Assembly: GCA_965204615.1 (NCBI GenBank) | Contig: OZ242000.1 | Span: forward strand, 319,020 to 383,019 | Source: Acidimicrobiia bacterium | GTDB taxonomy: Bacteria > Actinomycetota > Acidimicrobiia > Spongiisociales > ZC4RG35 | Length of the DNA: 64,000 nt | Reading direction: 5' to 3' | In this document: piece by piece, positions 47,223 to 56,592 of the stretch | Layout: each line of letters opens with the position of its first letter | How positions within the stretch are numbered: the first letter of the stretch is position 1 | Notes under the pieces: model-generated | Seen by the model: only the letters and a program-made list of their open reading frames with translations | Databases searched by the model: none | What the model was told of the DNA's origin: nothing | Translations under genes and position numbers: made by a program

Positions 47223-47534
47223 ATGAGCGATCCCATTTTGCATTATTTGATTGTGTTCGACCGTAAGACCCTGACGCGTGAGATTCTTGAATTCGGTGAG
47301 GACATTCAAGCCGCTTTGGCTGCGTATGCCCAGAAGGAAGACGAGTATGAGAGTGACTCATCCATTGAAGTTGTGTTGGTCGGCTCGGACTCAATAGAGT
47401 CGGTAAAAGCGACCCACGGAAGGTATTTCCCGGAGAAGCCTGTCACCAACGGTTGGCTCGCGGATTATGGGTTGGTACGGGAAGCCACTTCTGATCCCTC
47501 CCTCCTTGGCGAAGCCGCCCCCGCAAGGGGATAA
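47223..47534 (+). CDS. hypothetical protein (103 aa)
   Basis: The protein begins MSDPILHYLIVFDRKTLTREILEFGEDIQAALAAYAQKEDEYESDSSIEVVLVGSDSIESVKATHGRYF.... It is intact and has a fragmentary paralog just upstream. No family was recognised. Confidence 0.6.
   Translation: MSDPILHYLIVFDRKTLTREILEFGEDIQAALAAYAQKEDEYESDSSIEVVLVGSDSIESVKATHGRYFPEKPVTNGWLADYGLVREATSDPSLLGEAAPARG
47331..47489. repeat. 159-bp direct repeat, copy B (copy A is at 46993..47151)
   Basis: Aligned by eye, there are about ten mismatches over 159 bp. Similarity stops sharply at both ends. Confidence 0.9.
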
Positions 47535-47586
47535 AGCAGCTTCTGCTGTCATCCACAGGACCTGACTTCCGGTAGCCTGTTTGCTG

Positions 47587-48333
47587 ATGTATCGGATGGT
47601 GTTGCTTCGTCACGGTGAGTCGGAGTGGAATCTCTCCAACCTGTTCTCGGGTTGGACCGATGTCGACCTGACACCCCGGGGTGAGGAGGAAGCCCGGGCG
47701 GCGGGACGGCTGATGCGCGAGGAAGGGCTCTCCTTCGACGTGGTCCATACCTCGGTGTTGCTCCGGTCCATCCGCACTGCCGAGTTGGCTTTGGCGGCGA
47801 TGGGGATGGCCTGGCTCCCGGTGGTGAGGCATTGGCGCCTGAACGAGCGCCACTACGGCGCTCTGCAGGGACTCAACAAGAAGCAGACCTCCCGGGAGCA
47901 CGGCGCCGAGCAGGTGCATCTGTGGCGCCGTAGCTATGACGTTCGGCCCCCCGCGCTGGATCCGGACGATGCCCGACACCCCCGGAATGACCCGGTGTAC
48001 GCCGATCTGGCTCCCGACGTGCTGCCCGCCGCCGAATGCCTGAAGGACGTGGTGGCCCGTGTCCTTCCCTACTGGCACGACCGGATCGTCCCGCAGCTGC
48101 GCCGGGGACTCGTCCCGTTGGTGGTGTGTCATGGGAACAGCATCCGCGGGCTGCTGAAGTACCTGGAGGACATCTCGGAGTCGGAGATTTCCTCTCTCAA
48201 CATCCCCACCGGGATTCCCCTGCTCTACGGTTTGGACGCCGACTTGAGCCCCGCGGGTTCAAGGTATCTGGGCGATCCCGCCGCGGCGGCGGAAGCCGCG
48301 GCTAGGGTTGCCGCCCAGGCCGCGATAGAATAG
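47587..48333 (+). CDS. gpmA: 2,3-bisphosphoglycerate-dependent phosphoglycerate mutase
   Basis: Motifs are [40 protein letters not shown] and [10 protein letters not shown]. The starts at 47581, 47587 and 47596 are all in frame. Confidence 0.92.
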   Translation: MYRMVLLRHGESEWNLSNLFSGWTDVDLTPRGEEEARAAGRLMREEGLSFDVVHTSVLLRSIRTAELALAAMGMAWLPVVRHWRLNERHYGALQGLNKKQTSREHGAEQVHLWRRSYDVRPPALDPDDARHPRNDPVYADLAPDVLPAAECLKDVVARVLPYWHDRIVPQLRRGLVPLVVCHGNSIRGLLKYLEDISESEISSLNIPTGIPLLYGLDADLSPAGSRYLGDPAAAAEAAARVAAQAAIE

Positions 48334-48338
48334 ACCCC

Positions 48339-48575
48339 ATGGCTATCTTGCAAGCGGTGGTGATCGGGGTCCACGTGCTCCTCTCCCTGGGCCTGATCCT
48401 CCTGATACTCCTGCACTCCGGGCGAGGCGGCGGCCTCTCCGACGCATTCGGCGGCGGCATCGGGGCCTCCATGGGCGGTTCCACGGTGGCCGAGCGCAAC
48501 CTGAGCCGTCTCACCGTGATAACGGTCCTCGGCTTCACCGTGACCACCATCGCCCTCATCTGGATCCTGGCCTAG
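48339..48575 (+). CDS. secG: preprotein translocase subunit SecG
   Basis: It is 78 aa with two TM segments flanking a Gly-rich loop (LLHSGRGGGLSDAFGGGIG). It sits in the position usual for actinobacteria, downstream of the glycolytic genes. Confidence 0.88.
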   Translation: MAILQAVVIGVHVLLSLGLILLILLHSGRGGGLSDAFGGGIGASMGGSTVAERNLSRLTVITVLGFTVTTIALIWILA

Positions 48576-48598
48576 CGCTCCAGACAGTCGCGTTTACG

Positions 48599-49492
48599 GT
48601 GACGGAGAGTTTCACCGACTGGACAGTCCTTCACAATCCGGGGGCAGGTCGCGGACGGGTATCCCCGCAGCAACTCTCCGACCTGTTGGTTGACCGGGGG
48701 TTGAAAGCCCGGGTCGAGTCGGTCCGATCCCCGGAGTGGATGGCCGAGCGGGTGGTGGAGGTGGTCTCCACGGAGGGAAGGGTGGCGGTGTCGGGAGGTG
48801 ACGGCACTCTGAGCCTGGCGGTGAATGCCCTGTGCGGACAGCAGTGGTCGGAGCCGCCCCGGGTGGCGATGCTGCCCAGCGGGACCGCCTGCGACTTCAT
48901 CCGCACATTCGGGCTTTCCCGCAACCTTGAGGAAGCGGTCGGCCGGTTGGGGAGCCCCTCCTGGTACGACATCGACGTGGGATGCCTCGAGGGAGCCTGG
49001 GGAACACGCTTCTTCGTCAATGTCGCCGAGGCGGGAGTGGGTGCCGCGGCGGCCGAAACCGCCGGGAGGCTTCCCGGGTGGGTGGGGGCGGCCCGCTATG
49101 GACTGGGGTTCGCAGCCCGTCTGCCCCGATTCCCCCGCGCCACGGTGAGAGTCAAGGGACCCCGGCGGGAATTGGTGGCCGACGCCCTGGCGGTGATCGT
49201 CGCCAATGCCCAGTTCTTCGCATGGAAGTGGAACATCGCTCCCAAGGCCAACATGGTGGACAACCGCCTGGATGTCCAGCTCTTCACTCCCAGGAAGTAC
49301 CAACTTCCGGTGGCGGTGCCGAAGATCATCAAGGGGCTGCACCTCTCCGAATCCTGGGTGCAGCGGAGAAGCTGGGAGAGTTTCGAGGTGTCGACCGATC
49401 CTCGGTGGCCGGTTGAGGCTGACGGGGACATGGTGGGTTACACGCCGATGAGAGTCTCCAGCCGGCCCGCCGCAATTCGCTTCAAGATCTGA
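48599..49492 (+). CDS. diacylglycerol/lipid kinase family protein (DAGK catalytic domain)
   Basis: Motifs are LHNPGAGRG and VAVSGGDGTLSLAVNAL. The length is typical of YegS/BmrU-like lipid kinases. It starts at a GTG. Confidence 0.85.
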   Translation: MTESFTDWTVLHNPGAGRGRVSPQQLSDLLVDRGLKARVESVRSPEWMAERVVEVVSTEGRVAVSGGDGTLSLAVNALCGQQWSEPPRVAMLPSGTACDFIRTFGLSRNLEEAVGRLGSPSWYDIDVGCLEGAWGTRFFVNVAEAGVGAAAAETAGRLPGWVGAARYGLGFAARLPRFPRATVRVKGPRRELVADALAVIVANAQFFAWKWNIAPKANMVDNRLDVQLFTPRKYQLPVAVPKIIKGLHLSESWVQRRSWESFEVSTDPRWPVEADGDMVGYTPMRVSSRPAAIRFKI

Positions 49493-49521
49493 GGGGTCCG
49501 CCGTCGACACGGCGGGTGCTC

Positions 49522-50685
49522 CTACCTCCGGGTGAGGGTGCGGCGGAGGGACAAGGACGCGAGGAAAGTCAGCACCACGCCCATCCCCACCAGCACCGCC
49601 AGGTTGTCGACGATGCCCACCAGGGACCCCTCCCACTGCAGGTCCCGGAAGCCCAACATCGCCCACCCCTGGGGAGTGAACCTGGCGACGGTCCTGACAG
49701 TGTCCGGCAACACCTCCAGGGGCACCATCGCTCCACCCAGCGCGCCCAATACCAGTCCGGAAGTCACCCCGATGCCGATGGTGGCGGCCTCGGCCAGCCG
49801 GAAGGATCCGAGCAGCATGCCCGCCCCCGCTCCTGCCAGGGACAGGGCCATCACCAGCAGTATCGATCCACCCAGGTTCGACCAGCTCACCCCGAAGATG
49901 GCCAGGCTCAGGACCATGATGTAGACGCCCTGGAAGAAGGTGATGCCGAACTGGCCGGCCACGTATCCCGAGATCAGGCGGGGAATGGAAGTGGGAGTGG
50001 AGACGATGCGGGTGTCAAGGCCCATCTCCCGGTCGCTCACCATTGCGGTGGCCCCGGTCAGGGCAGTCAGGAACATGAACAGGACCAGATTGGATGCGGC
50101 CCCGCCGTCAAAGCGGCCCATGTCGGGAGGAAAGAGGGATTCCCCAACCGACTCGGTGACCACCGTTGTCACCACGACTTGATCAGTCAGCACCCTGGCG
50201 AGCGGGAAGCTCTGCTGGAACCCGACCCCCAGGGCGTCGACGGCAAATCGCGCGGCGCGGTAGGGAATCAGTTCCTCGGTCACGGCCTGCCTGACGGTGG
50301 CTTCAAGCTGAGGACCCAAGCCTGCGGCAGCGGACACGAAACCGATCAGCACGGGCTGTCCTACGGCCATTCTTGCCGCCAACCGGGGAGGGAAGACCAC
50401 TCCCGCCGAGATGAATCCCCGCTCCACGGCGGTCAGCATCTCCGTCTCCTCCTCATAGAACACCAACTCCAGAGCCTGGTTGTCGGCCAGGTTCTCGGTG
50501 ATCTGGTCGGTGATGGACTGGCTCGTCTCTCCCGAGACCCCCAACTGCACCCTTCCGCCTCCGCCTCCGAACTGGATCCCGATGATGAACACCATCACCA
50601 CCGGGAAGATGAAGAAGAAGAACACGGAGGCCGGCTCCCGCAGGATCCTTAGCACGTACACCCAGCCGATCGAGAGCGTCTTCAT
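49522..50685 (-). CDS. ABC-2 type transporter permease
   Basis: It has an N-terminal TM segment, a large extracytoplasmic loop and a C-terminal cluster of TM helices. There is a 4-nt overlap with the upstream permease. Confidence 0.85.
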   Translation of the reverse strand: MKTLSIGWVYVLRILREPASVFFFFIFPVVMVFIIGIQFGGGGGRVQLGVSGETSQSITDQITENLADNQALELVFYEEETEMLTAVERGFISAGVVFPPRLAARMAVGQPVLIGFVSAAAGLGPQLEATVRQAVTEELIPYRAARFAVDALGVGFQQSFPLARVLTDQVVVTTVVTESVGESLFPPDMGRFDGGAASNLVLFMFLTALTGATAMVSDREMGLDTRIVSTPTSIPRLISGYVAGQFGITFFQGVYIMVLSLAIFGVSWSNLGGSILLVMALSLAGAGAGMLLGSFRLAEAATIGIGVTSGLVLGALGGAMVPLEVLPDTVRTVARFTPQGWAMLGFRDLQWEGSLVGIVDNLAVLVGMGVVLTFLASLSLRRTLTRR

Positions 50686-51866
50686 GTCCGCAGGGTCCTT
50701 CTGGCGCCCAGAACACTGATGGAGAGGGTGACAACCCCGATGCAGGTCAACACCACCAGGGGAAGTGCGACCACCTCCAGGCCTCCGCCACCGCTCAGGT
50801 CACCCAGGCCTCTCATGAACCAGGCATGGGGAGTCGCCAGCGAGAGGGTGGCGAGGAAGGAATCGCCGCCGGCGATCGGGAAGAAGGTGCCTCCCAGGAT
50901 GCCCATCGCCACCGCCACCACCGATTGGAAGTTCTGGGCCTGCTCGGCGGTGCGGGCCCACCCGGCCACCAGCGAGACTATGCCCGAGGATGCCCCGACC
51001 GCGGCCACCACCAACAGGGCGGTGAGCGGCAGGTCCACCCAGTTGGCGCCCAGCAGCAACCACGAGAAGAGCATGAAGAAGCCCACGCTGCCCACCCCGA
51101 CGGCCAGGGAGAGAAGGAATTTCGCGGCAAGAATCCCTCCCGGCCTTACGGGACTGGACAGCAGCCTGGCCAGGGTGTGGCGTTTACGCTCCTCCAAGAG
51201 GCTGAGCAGGCCGGCCCCCACCACGAACATCATGAAGAACATGGCGGCGCCCGCCGAGTAGAAGGTGGCCCCGTCCAGTTGCCGGACTTCGGCCTCGAGC
51301 GAGGCAAGCCGCGCGGGAGGAGGAGTCCGGGAGGCCGCCAGCCCTATCTGTTGCATCTGGTCGGCGCCGAACCCTCCCAGAATGGCCACCGTCGCCGCGG
51401 CGGCGCTGGCCGAGGCGACCTCCAGGGAGAACTCTTCGGCGATGGAGCCGGCCACACCTGCCACCACCGGCGAGGCAGGATTGGCCACCACGGTCACCCG
51501 GGATGCCGATCCCTCGATGATCGCCTGGCTGAAGCCATCGGGGATGAAGAACCCCGCATCGACCTCCCCCTCTTCCACCGCCCTGTCCAGAGAGGGACGG
51601 TCGCGATGGAAGGTGACGTCGACCAGGCCCTCTGCTTCCAACTCCGCCATGGCGATCGAGAAGCCCTCCGAGATGGGCCCGCCCGCGTCGGCGTTCGCAA
51701 TGCCGAATTCGAAGACCACCGCCTCTTCGGTTTGGAAGAAGTTCCCGAAGGCCAGGCTCAAGGCGGCGGCGATGGCCAACGGGGCGATCAGTCCGAACAC
51801 GAAGATGGTCCGGTCGCGGACCTGCTGACGCAGGTCCTTCAGGACAATCCAGGCGATGTCCCGCAT
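50682..51866 (-). CDS. ABC-2 type transporter permease
   Basis: It has the same architecture as the 49522..50685 paralog. It lies 3 nt after the ATPase gene. Confidence 0.85.
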   Translation of the reverse strand: MRDIAWIVLKDLRQQVRDRTIFVFGLIAPLAIAAALSLAFGNFFQTEEAVVFEFGIANADAGGPISEGFSIAMAELEAEGLVDVTFHRDRPSLDRAVEEGEVDAGFFIPDGFSQAIIEGSASRVTVVANPASPVVAGVAGSIAEEFSLEVASASAAAATVAILGGFGADQMQQIGLAASRTPPPARLASLEAEVRQLDGATFYSAGAAMFFMMFVVGAGLLSLLEERKRHTLARLLSSPVRPGGILAAKFLLSLAVGVGSVGFFMLFSWLLLGANWVDLPLTALLVVAAVGASSGIVSLVAGWARTAEQAQNFQSVVAVAMGILGGTFFPIAGGDSFLATLSLATPHAWFMRGLGDLSGGGGLEVVALPLVVLTCIGVVTLSISVLGARRTLRT

Positions 51867-51869
51867 CCG

Positions 51870-52844
51870 TCAGTCCCGGAGGGCGCGTCCGGTGAGGTGC
51901 AGGAATACCGCCTCCAGGTCCGGCTCTTCGACGCGTACACCGCTGACCGTAACGTCCGAGCGGGTGAGCGTCTCGAAGATGCGGGGCAGAAGGGGAGTGG
52001 CGTCATCCACCAGTAGCTCCATCCCTTCGTTGGTCGGGCCACCCTGGTGCACCCCCTCCAGGGCCGTGATCCGAGCGGCCACCTCCGACAGGTTCCCTTC
52101 GGCGGTGACCAGCACCCGGTCCCTCTCGCCCACCAGTTTCACCAACTCCGTCCTGGTTCCCTCCGCGATCAACTCGCCGTGATCGATGATGCCCACCCGG
52201 TCGCAGAGTCTCTCCACCTCCTCGATGTAGTGGGTGGTGTAGAGGACGGCCATGCCTTGGCGAGTCATCTCCGCCACCTGGTCGAGGATGCTGGCCCGGG
52301 ATTGAACGTCCACCCCCACGGTCGGTTCATCCAGTACCAGCAGATCGGGTTGGTGCAGAAGCCCGATGCCGATGTTGAGACGGTGCCGCATGCCGCCTGA
52401 GAATTTGATGGTCTTGTCGCCCGCTCGATCGCTCAACCCGGTCAGGTGGAGCACCTCCTCCAGTCGCTGCGTCAGTCTCTTCCCTGAGAGTCCCTGCATA
52501 CGACCGAAGAAGATCAGGTTCTCGCGGGCGCTCAACCGGTCGTAGAGAGCGACCTCCTGGGGAACCCATCCTATGTGGGACTTGACAGAGGTCGTGGCGG
52601 TCGTCAATTCCTTGCCGCACACCGCAACCCGACCTCCGTCGGCCGCCAGCACCCCGGCGATTATCTGGATGGTGGTGGTCTTGCCGGCGCCGTTCGGTCC
52701 GAGAAGGCCGTAATTCTCCCCGGGGGCGATCTCGAAGCTGATTCCCTTCACCGCCTGGAGTTGGCCGTAGCTCTTATGCAGATCCGCAACCTGGAGAACC
52801 GGGTGGGAGGAGCTTGGCTCCTGGGGGGTGAGCGGAGAAGTCAC
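51870..52844 (-). CDS. ABC transporter ATP-binding protein (DrrA/ABC-2 exporter type)
   Basis: Walker A is GPNGAGKTT, signature FSGGMRHRL, Walker B LLVLDEPTVGVD. It starts at a GTG. Confidence 0.92.
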   Translation of the reverse strand: MTSPLTPQEPSSSHPVLQVADLHKSYGQLQAVKGISFEIAPGENYGLLGPNGAGKTTTIQIIAGVLAADGGRVAVCGKELTTATTSVKSHIGWVPQEVALYDRLSARENLIFFGRMQGLSGKRLTQRLEEVLHLTGLSDRAGDKTIKFSGGMRHRLNIGIGLLHQPDLLVLDEPTVGVDVQSRASILDQVAEMTRQGMAVLYTTHYIEEVERLCDRVGIIDHGELIAEGTRTELVKLVGERDRVLVTAEGNLSEVAARITALEGVHQGGPTNEGMELLVDDATPLLPRIFETLTRSDVTVSGVRVEEPDLEAVFLHLTGRALRD

Positions 52845-52896
52845 AGTGGTAACTTCTCACCGTTGGCTGCCAGAATCTCGAACTTCCTTCGAATGG

Positions 52897-52911
52897 GTTT
52901 GTAATACAAAC
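52897..52911. promoter_or_regulatory. 7-1-7 palindrome GTTTGTAaTACAAAC, a candidate operator upstream of the ABC-2 exporter operon
   Basis: It is a perfect inverted repeat 53 to 67 nt upstream of the GTG at 52844. On the transcribed strand a TATAAA -10-like hexamer lies immediately upstream of it. Confidence 0.4.
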
Positions 52912-53261
52912 TAGTTTATACTGCTAGGCTCCAGATGCCAAATCAACCAAGGCCCATCCGCGGCGATTGTAGCTCAGGATGAATGGCGCCGCCTTGGCTG
53001 AGGGTTCCATGTGGATGGGCGTTGCCTTCTTCGAAGCGTGACCAAGCGGTTCCGGGACACCGTGGCGCTCGGTTCGATGTCAAAGTGGAGGGTGGCGGGT
53101 TGACAGCCCTGTCGGGACCGAACGGAGCCGGAGTGACAACCGCTTTCCGATCGACCATGGGGCTGTGCCGTCCCTACCAGGCTCTGGTTACGGTGATGGA
53201 TTGCAGGGGTGGGTCCCGGCAAGTGCCGGCGTTGAGGGATGGACCCTTGATCCGGTCTTCC

Positions 53262-55724
53262 CTAAGGGACAGGCAGGGGTGACCAACTCGGACTGAAGTC
53301 GTCTCGTTCGGTGAGTGTCACCTGTCCCGTACCGTCGGAGTTCACGATGAAGATCCCGCCCCGCGAGAAAGATCGGCTGTAGGCGATGCGGGAGCCATCC
53401 GGTGACCACACCGGAGCGGTGCCCTGGTCGGTGGTTATCTGTCTCCGGTCCGTGCCGTCAGCGTCTATCACCCCGATCCCGGTTCTTCCGCCCTGAATGG
53501 TTTCATAGGCGATTCGAGTGCTGTCGGGTGACCACGCAGGAGACCTCGAGTAGTCCGACGCCAGTTGCCTCTCGTTGGCTCCGTCGACGTCTATCACCCA
53601 AAGGCCCCAGTTTATAAAGGCGATACGGGTTCCGTCCGGCGACCATGAAGGCTCGGTCCCGTAGCCGGCCGTGAGTTGGCGCCGGTTGGTTCCGTCGGCT
53701 TCCATGATCCAGATGCCAGAGTCTGTGTAAGCGATGCGTGTGCTGTCGGGTGACCAGGTTACGTCCGGATAGGTGTACTCCCTTCCGAAGAGACGTCGTC
53801 GATCGGACCCGTTGGCATTGATGACCCAAAGCCCTTCGATGTTCGAATAGGCAATCTTTCGGCTATCCGGCGACCAGACCTGCTTCCCGTCGGATCGGCC
53901 GACGGTGAGTCGTTGCCGCCGATTGCCATCGGAGTCGATCACCGATATCCCGGGATCGAAGAAGTGATTGTGACTGAAGGCAATGTGCCTGCCGTTGGAC
54001 GACCACACGGGATTGAAGTCGTAGGGACCGGGAGTCAGTTGTCGTTCATCCCTGGAGTCAACACCTATGGTGAACACCCGGTAACCGATGTCTCTGGTGT
54101 AGGCGATGAGGGTGCCGTCCGGGGACCACGTCGGATCCTCGCCATGATGATCGGTGGTGAGGCGTTTCCGGTCGGTTCCGTCGGCGTCCATCACCTGAAT
54201 CCCGGATCGCGGCTCGCTGTAGGCGACACGTTCGCCGCCGGGGGAGAATACCGGCCCGTATCCGTCATGCGAGGTGAGCCGCAGGCGTCCGGTACCGTCT
54301 CGGTTCATGACCATCACTCCGTAGCCTTCGTAGATGATGCGGGCGCCGTCCCGCGACCATTGCGGATTCTGGCCGTCGTCATAAGTGAGTTGTTGTATGC
54401 CGGTGCCATCCGGGTTCATGATGTAGATCCCACCGTCGTCGCTTGTGGGGTTGTCGTAGGCGATCTTGGTTCCGTCGGGTGACCAGACGGGACTAGCCCC
54501 TCGGTTGCGGAGCAACTGCGAGGTGGTGCCGTCCGCGGCTGTCACGTAAATCTCTCCACCTGTTCCTTCAAAGACGATCCGGCTTCCGTCCGGAGACCAG
54601 GAGGGGTTTCTTGCTCTGGTGGCGATCCGGGAGGTGTCGGTGCCGTCCGCCCTGGCCAGGTATAGCCTGTAACCGTCAGAAAAGGCCACCTGGGAGCTAT
54701 CGGGTGACCACACCGGATATGCTCCCTCATCGGCAAGCTTCACCTGGTTCGTGCCGTCAGCGTCCATCACCCAGATTTGGCCCTCTCGGACGCTCCGGCT
54801 GTATTGATCGGGCTGAAACAGCGGGATGTGAAACGATTCCGTGTAGCTGCGCCGGATATAGGCGATCTTGGCGCCATCAGGCGACCAGGCCGGCTCCCAG
54901 CTGTCGGATGTGGTAAGGGGCCGTTGGTTGGTGCCGTCCGCATTCATGACATAGATACGGGTCCCCATGTTGCGGGTGAACGCAATGCGCATTTGGGGCG
55001 AAGCAGGTTGACGCTCAGTCTGGGCGCGGACCAGGAAGGACGCCATCTCTGCGCGGGTCACGCTTGCGGTGGGACAGAAGCGCAGGGGATCGAGGGCGCA
55101 TCCCCTAGTGATCCCGGAGTGGGCCAGTGAGTCGATGTCGTTGGCGTGGGGATCGTTCCGAGTGTCCGTGAAACCTGCCGACTCAGCGGGAGCAAGGGTG
55201 TAGGCACGAGTGAGGAAGGAGGCCATTTGACCGCGGGTCACATGGTCGTCGGGGCAGAACCGTGCGGGATCGGTAGCGCACCCTCTGGTGATGCCGAGAG
55301 TCGCAAGATGGTCGGCAAATGGGGCCCACCAGAGGGTGTGGTCCACATCGTCGAAGACATCACCGCCGGACCCGAGGTTGAAGTTCTGGCCTAGGGCCCG
55401 GATGAGCCACACCGCCATCACCCAGCGTTCGAGGGGTTCATTGGGGCAGAACCGCCTTATTCCGCACTCTGTTCCGATCAGTACATCTTGACGATCGAGA
55501 GCCTCGATGGCAGAGGCATGTGACGGCGCTTCATCGATGTCGAGAAACCTGCTGTCATGGGTTGTGTCCGCCGACTCCGAGGCACCGGTCAGAGCTGTCG
55601 GAGTGAGCAGACCCACGGACAGGAGGAGGGCCGTGAAGATCGTGCCGTACCTCTTAGGTGACGGCGACAGGGATGCTTGGTTCTCTGATGACTCCCGTCG
55701 GCGACTTGTCCATGCCATATTCAT
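53262..55724 (-). CDS. secreted SLH-domain protein with about 13 PD40/TolB-type beta-propeller repeats
   Basis: It has an N-terminal signal or TM segment. Three SLH-like units follow, for example FDDVDHTLWWAPFADHLATLGITRGCATDPARFCPDDHVTRGQMASFLTRAY. After these come repeated blocks of W-S-P-D-G-[ST]-[KR]-I-A-[YF] followed by ADGT..R.LT. Confidence 0.88.
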   Translation of the reverse strand: MNMAWTSRRRESSENQASLSPSPKRYGTIFTALLLSVGLLTPTALTGASESADTTHDSRFLDIDEAPSHASAIEALDRQDVLIGTECGIRRFCPNEPLERWVMAVWLIRALGQNFNLGSGGDVFDDVDHTLWWAPFADHLATLGITRGCATDPARFCPDDHVTRGQMASFLTRAYTLAPAESAGFTDTRNDPHANDIDSLAHSGITRGCALDPLRFCPTASVTRAEMASFLVRAQTERQPASPQMRIAFTRNMGTRIYVMNADGTNQRPLTTSDSWEPAWSPDGAKIAYIRRSYTESFHIPLFQPDQYSRSVREGQIWVMDADGTNQVKLADEGAYPVWSPDSSQVAFSDGYRLYLARADGTDTSRIATRARNPSWSPDGSRIVFEGTGGEIYVTAADGTTSQLLRNRGASPVWSPDGTKIAYDNPTSDDGGIYIMNPDGTGIQQLTYDDGQNPQWSRDGARIIYEGYGVMVMNRDGTGRLRLTSHDGYGPVFSPGGERVAYSEPRSGIQVMDADGTDRKRLTTDHHGEDPTWSPDGTLIAYTRDIGYRVFTIGVDSRDERQLTPGPYDFNPVWSSNGRHIAFSHNHFFDPGISVIDSDGNRRQRLTVGRSDGKQVWSPDSRKIAYSNIEGLWVINANGSDRRRLFGREYTYPDVTWSPDSTRIAYTDSGIWIMEADGTNRRQLTAGYGTEPSWSPDGTRIAFINWGLWVIDVDGANERQLASDYSRSPAWSPDSTRIAYETIQGGRTGIGVIDADGTDRRQITTDQGTAPVWSPDGSRIAYSRSFSRGGIFIVNSDGTGQVTLTERDDFSPSWSPLPVP

Positions 55725-55775
55725 GTTCGCGCGATGGCGGATAAGCGTACTTCACAGCGGATGACTGTGTTGCCT

Positions 55776-56477
55776 TCAGGCGGGGGAGTGGAGCAACTTC
55801 CGGAAGAGTTCTTCGGTACGGCCGGTGAACAGCATCGATCCCACCGCCACGAGCCAGAGGAAGAAGGCTCCGCCCACGAGGGGGTGGACCCCTGTGGCGG
55901 AGTCGAACCAGATGAACTGCATCGCCAGTCCGAGGGCGCCTGACACCGGCGCGATGAAGCGAAGGGCTCCTCCTGCCTTCCACTGAAAGCGGGAGGCCAC
56001 AACCAAAGCCAGTCCCGCCGATGCGAAACCGATCTTGCCACTGAGCCAGCGGACGAGCGCCGAGAATTCAATCAGGGGACTGCTCTCGGGGGCGGCCACC
56101 GCCAGGATCACCGCGCACAACCCCGAAACAGCCGTAAAGGCACCGGAGGCGAGAAACAAGGCGGGAACTCCCGGGGACCCCAGGCGCAGGCGGATGATCC
56201 AGGTCCGCAGCAGGTACCAGGCGGCTGCTCCGAGGGTGAGCCCGGACAGGAGGCGCGCTGCCCCTCCCAGGCCGTAGAGGACAGGGTGGCGGGATATTGC
56301 GTCCAGCGTATCTTGGAGTGATGGTTGAAAGTCGGCGTCCGCCGTGACACGGGTCAGTGCTGAGACTGCCGTGATCAAAGCCGTCAGCACCAGGAGGGCT
56401 CCGGCGATGCGGGCGGCCGGGTCTCGCTCGGATGTGGCGCCGGTTACTGGGGATTGGGGCTGTTGCGATCCTCGCAC
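55776..56477 (-). CDS. integral membrane protein (DUF4386-like), function unknown
   Basis: It has about six predicted hydrophobic helices. Composition and third-position GC are consistent with coding. Confidence 0.7.
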   Translation of the reverse strand: MRGSQQPQSPVTGATSERDPAARIAGALLVLTALITAVSALTRVTADADFQPSLQDTLDAISRHPVLYGLGGAARLLSGLTLGAAAWYLLRTWIIRLRLGSPGVPALFLASGAFTAVSGLCAVILAVAAPESSPLIEFSALVRWLSGKIGFASAGLALVVASRFQWKAGGALRFIAPVSGALGLAMQFIWFDSATGVHPLVGGAFFLWLVAVGSMLFTGRTEELFRKLLHSPA

Positions 56478-56592
56478 GAAGATTTAGACTATCTGTATTT
56501 GCTTAAACAGTCCAATCCCGGCGAGTGGTCGATCACGGGATGTCCGTTTCCCGGGCGGCGGAGGATGTGAGCCCGACCTGGGTTCTGTGCGG

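Noticed and set aside
52940-53260. Possible tRNA, tmRNA or RNase P RNA. The cues were gtagctcagg, ggttcgatg and gtggagggtggcggg strings.
   Set aside because: No cloverleaf can be drawn: the D- and T-arm complements are missing. There is no tmRNA 3' T-arm/ACCA geometry and no RNase P conserved GAGGAAAGTCC-type block. It is kept only as an unclassified structured spacer.
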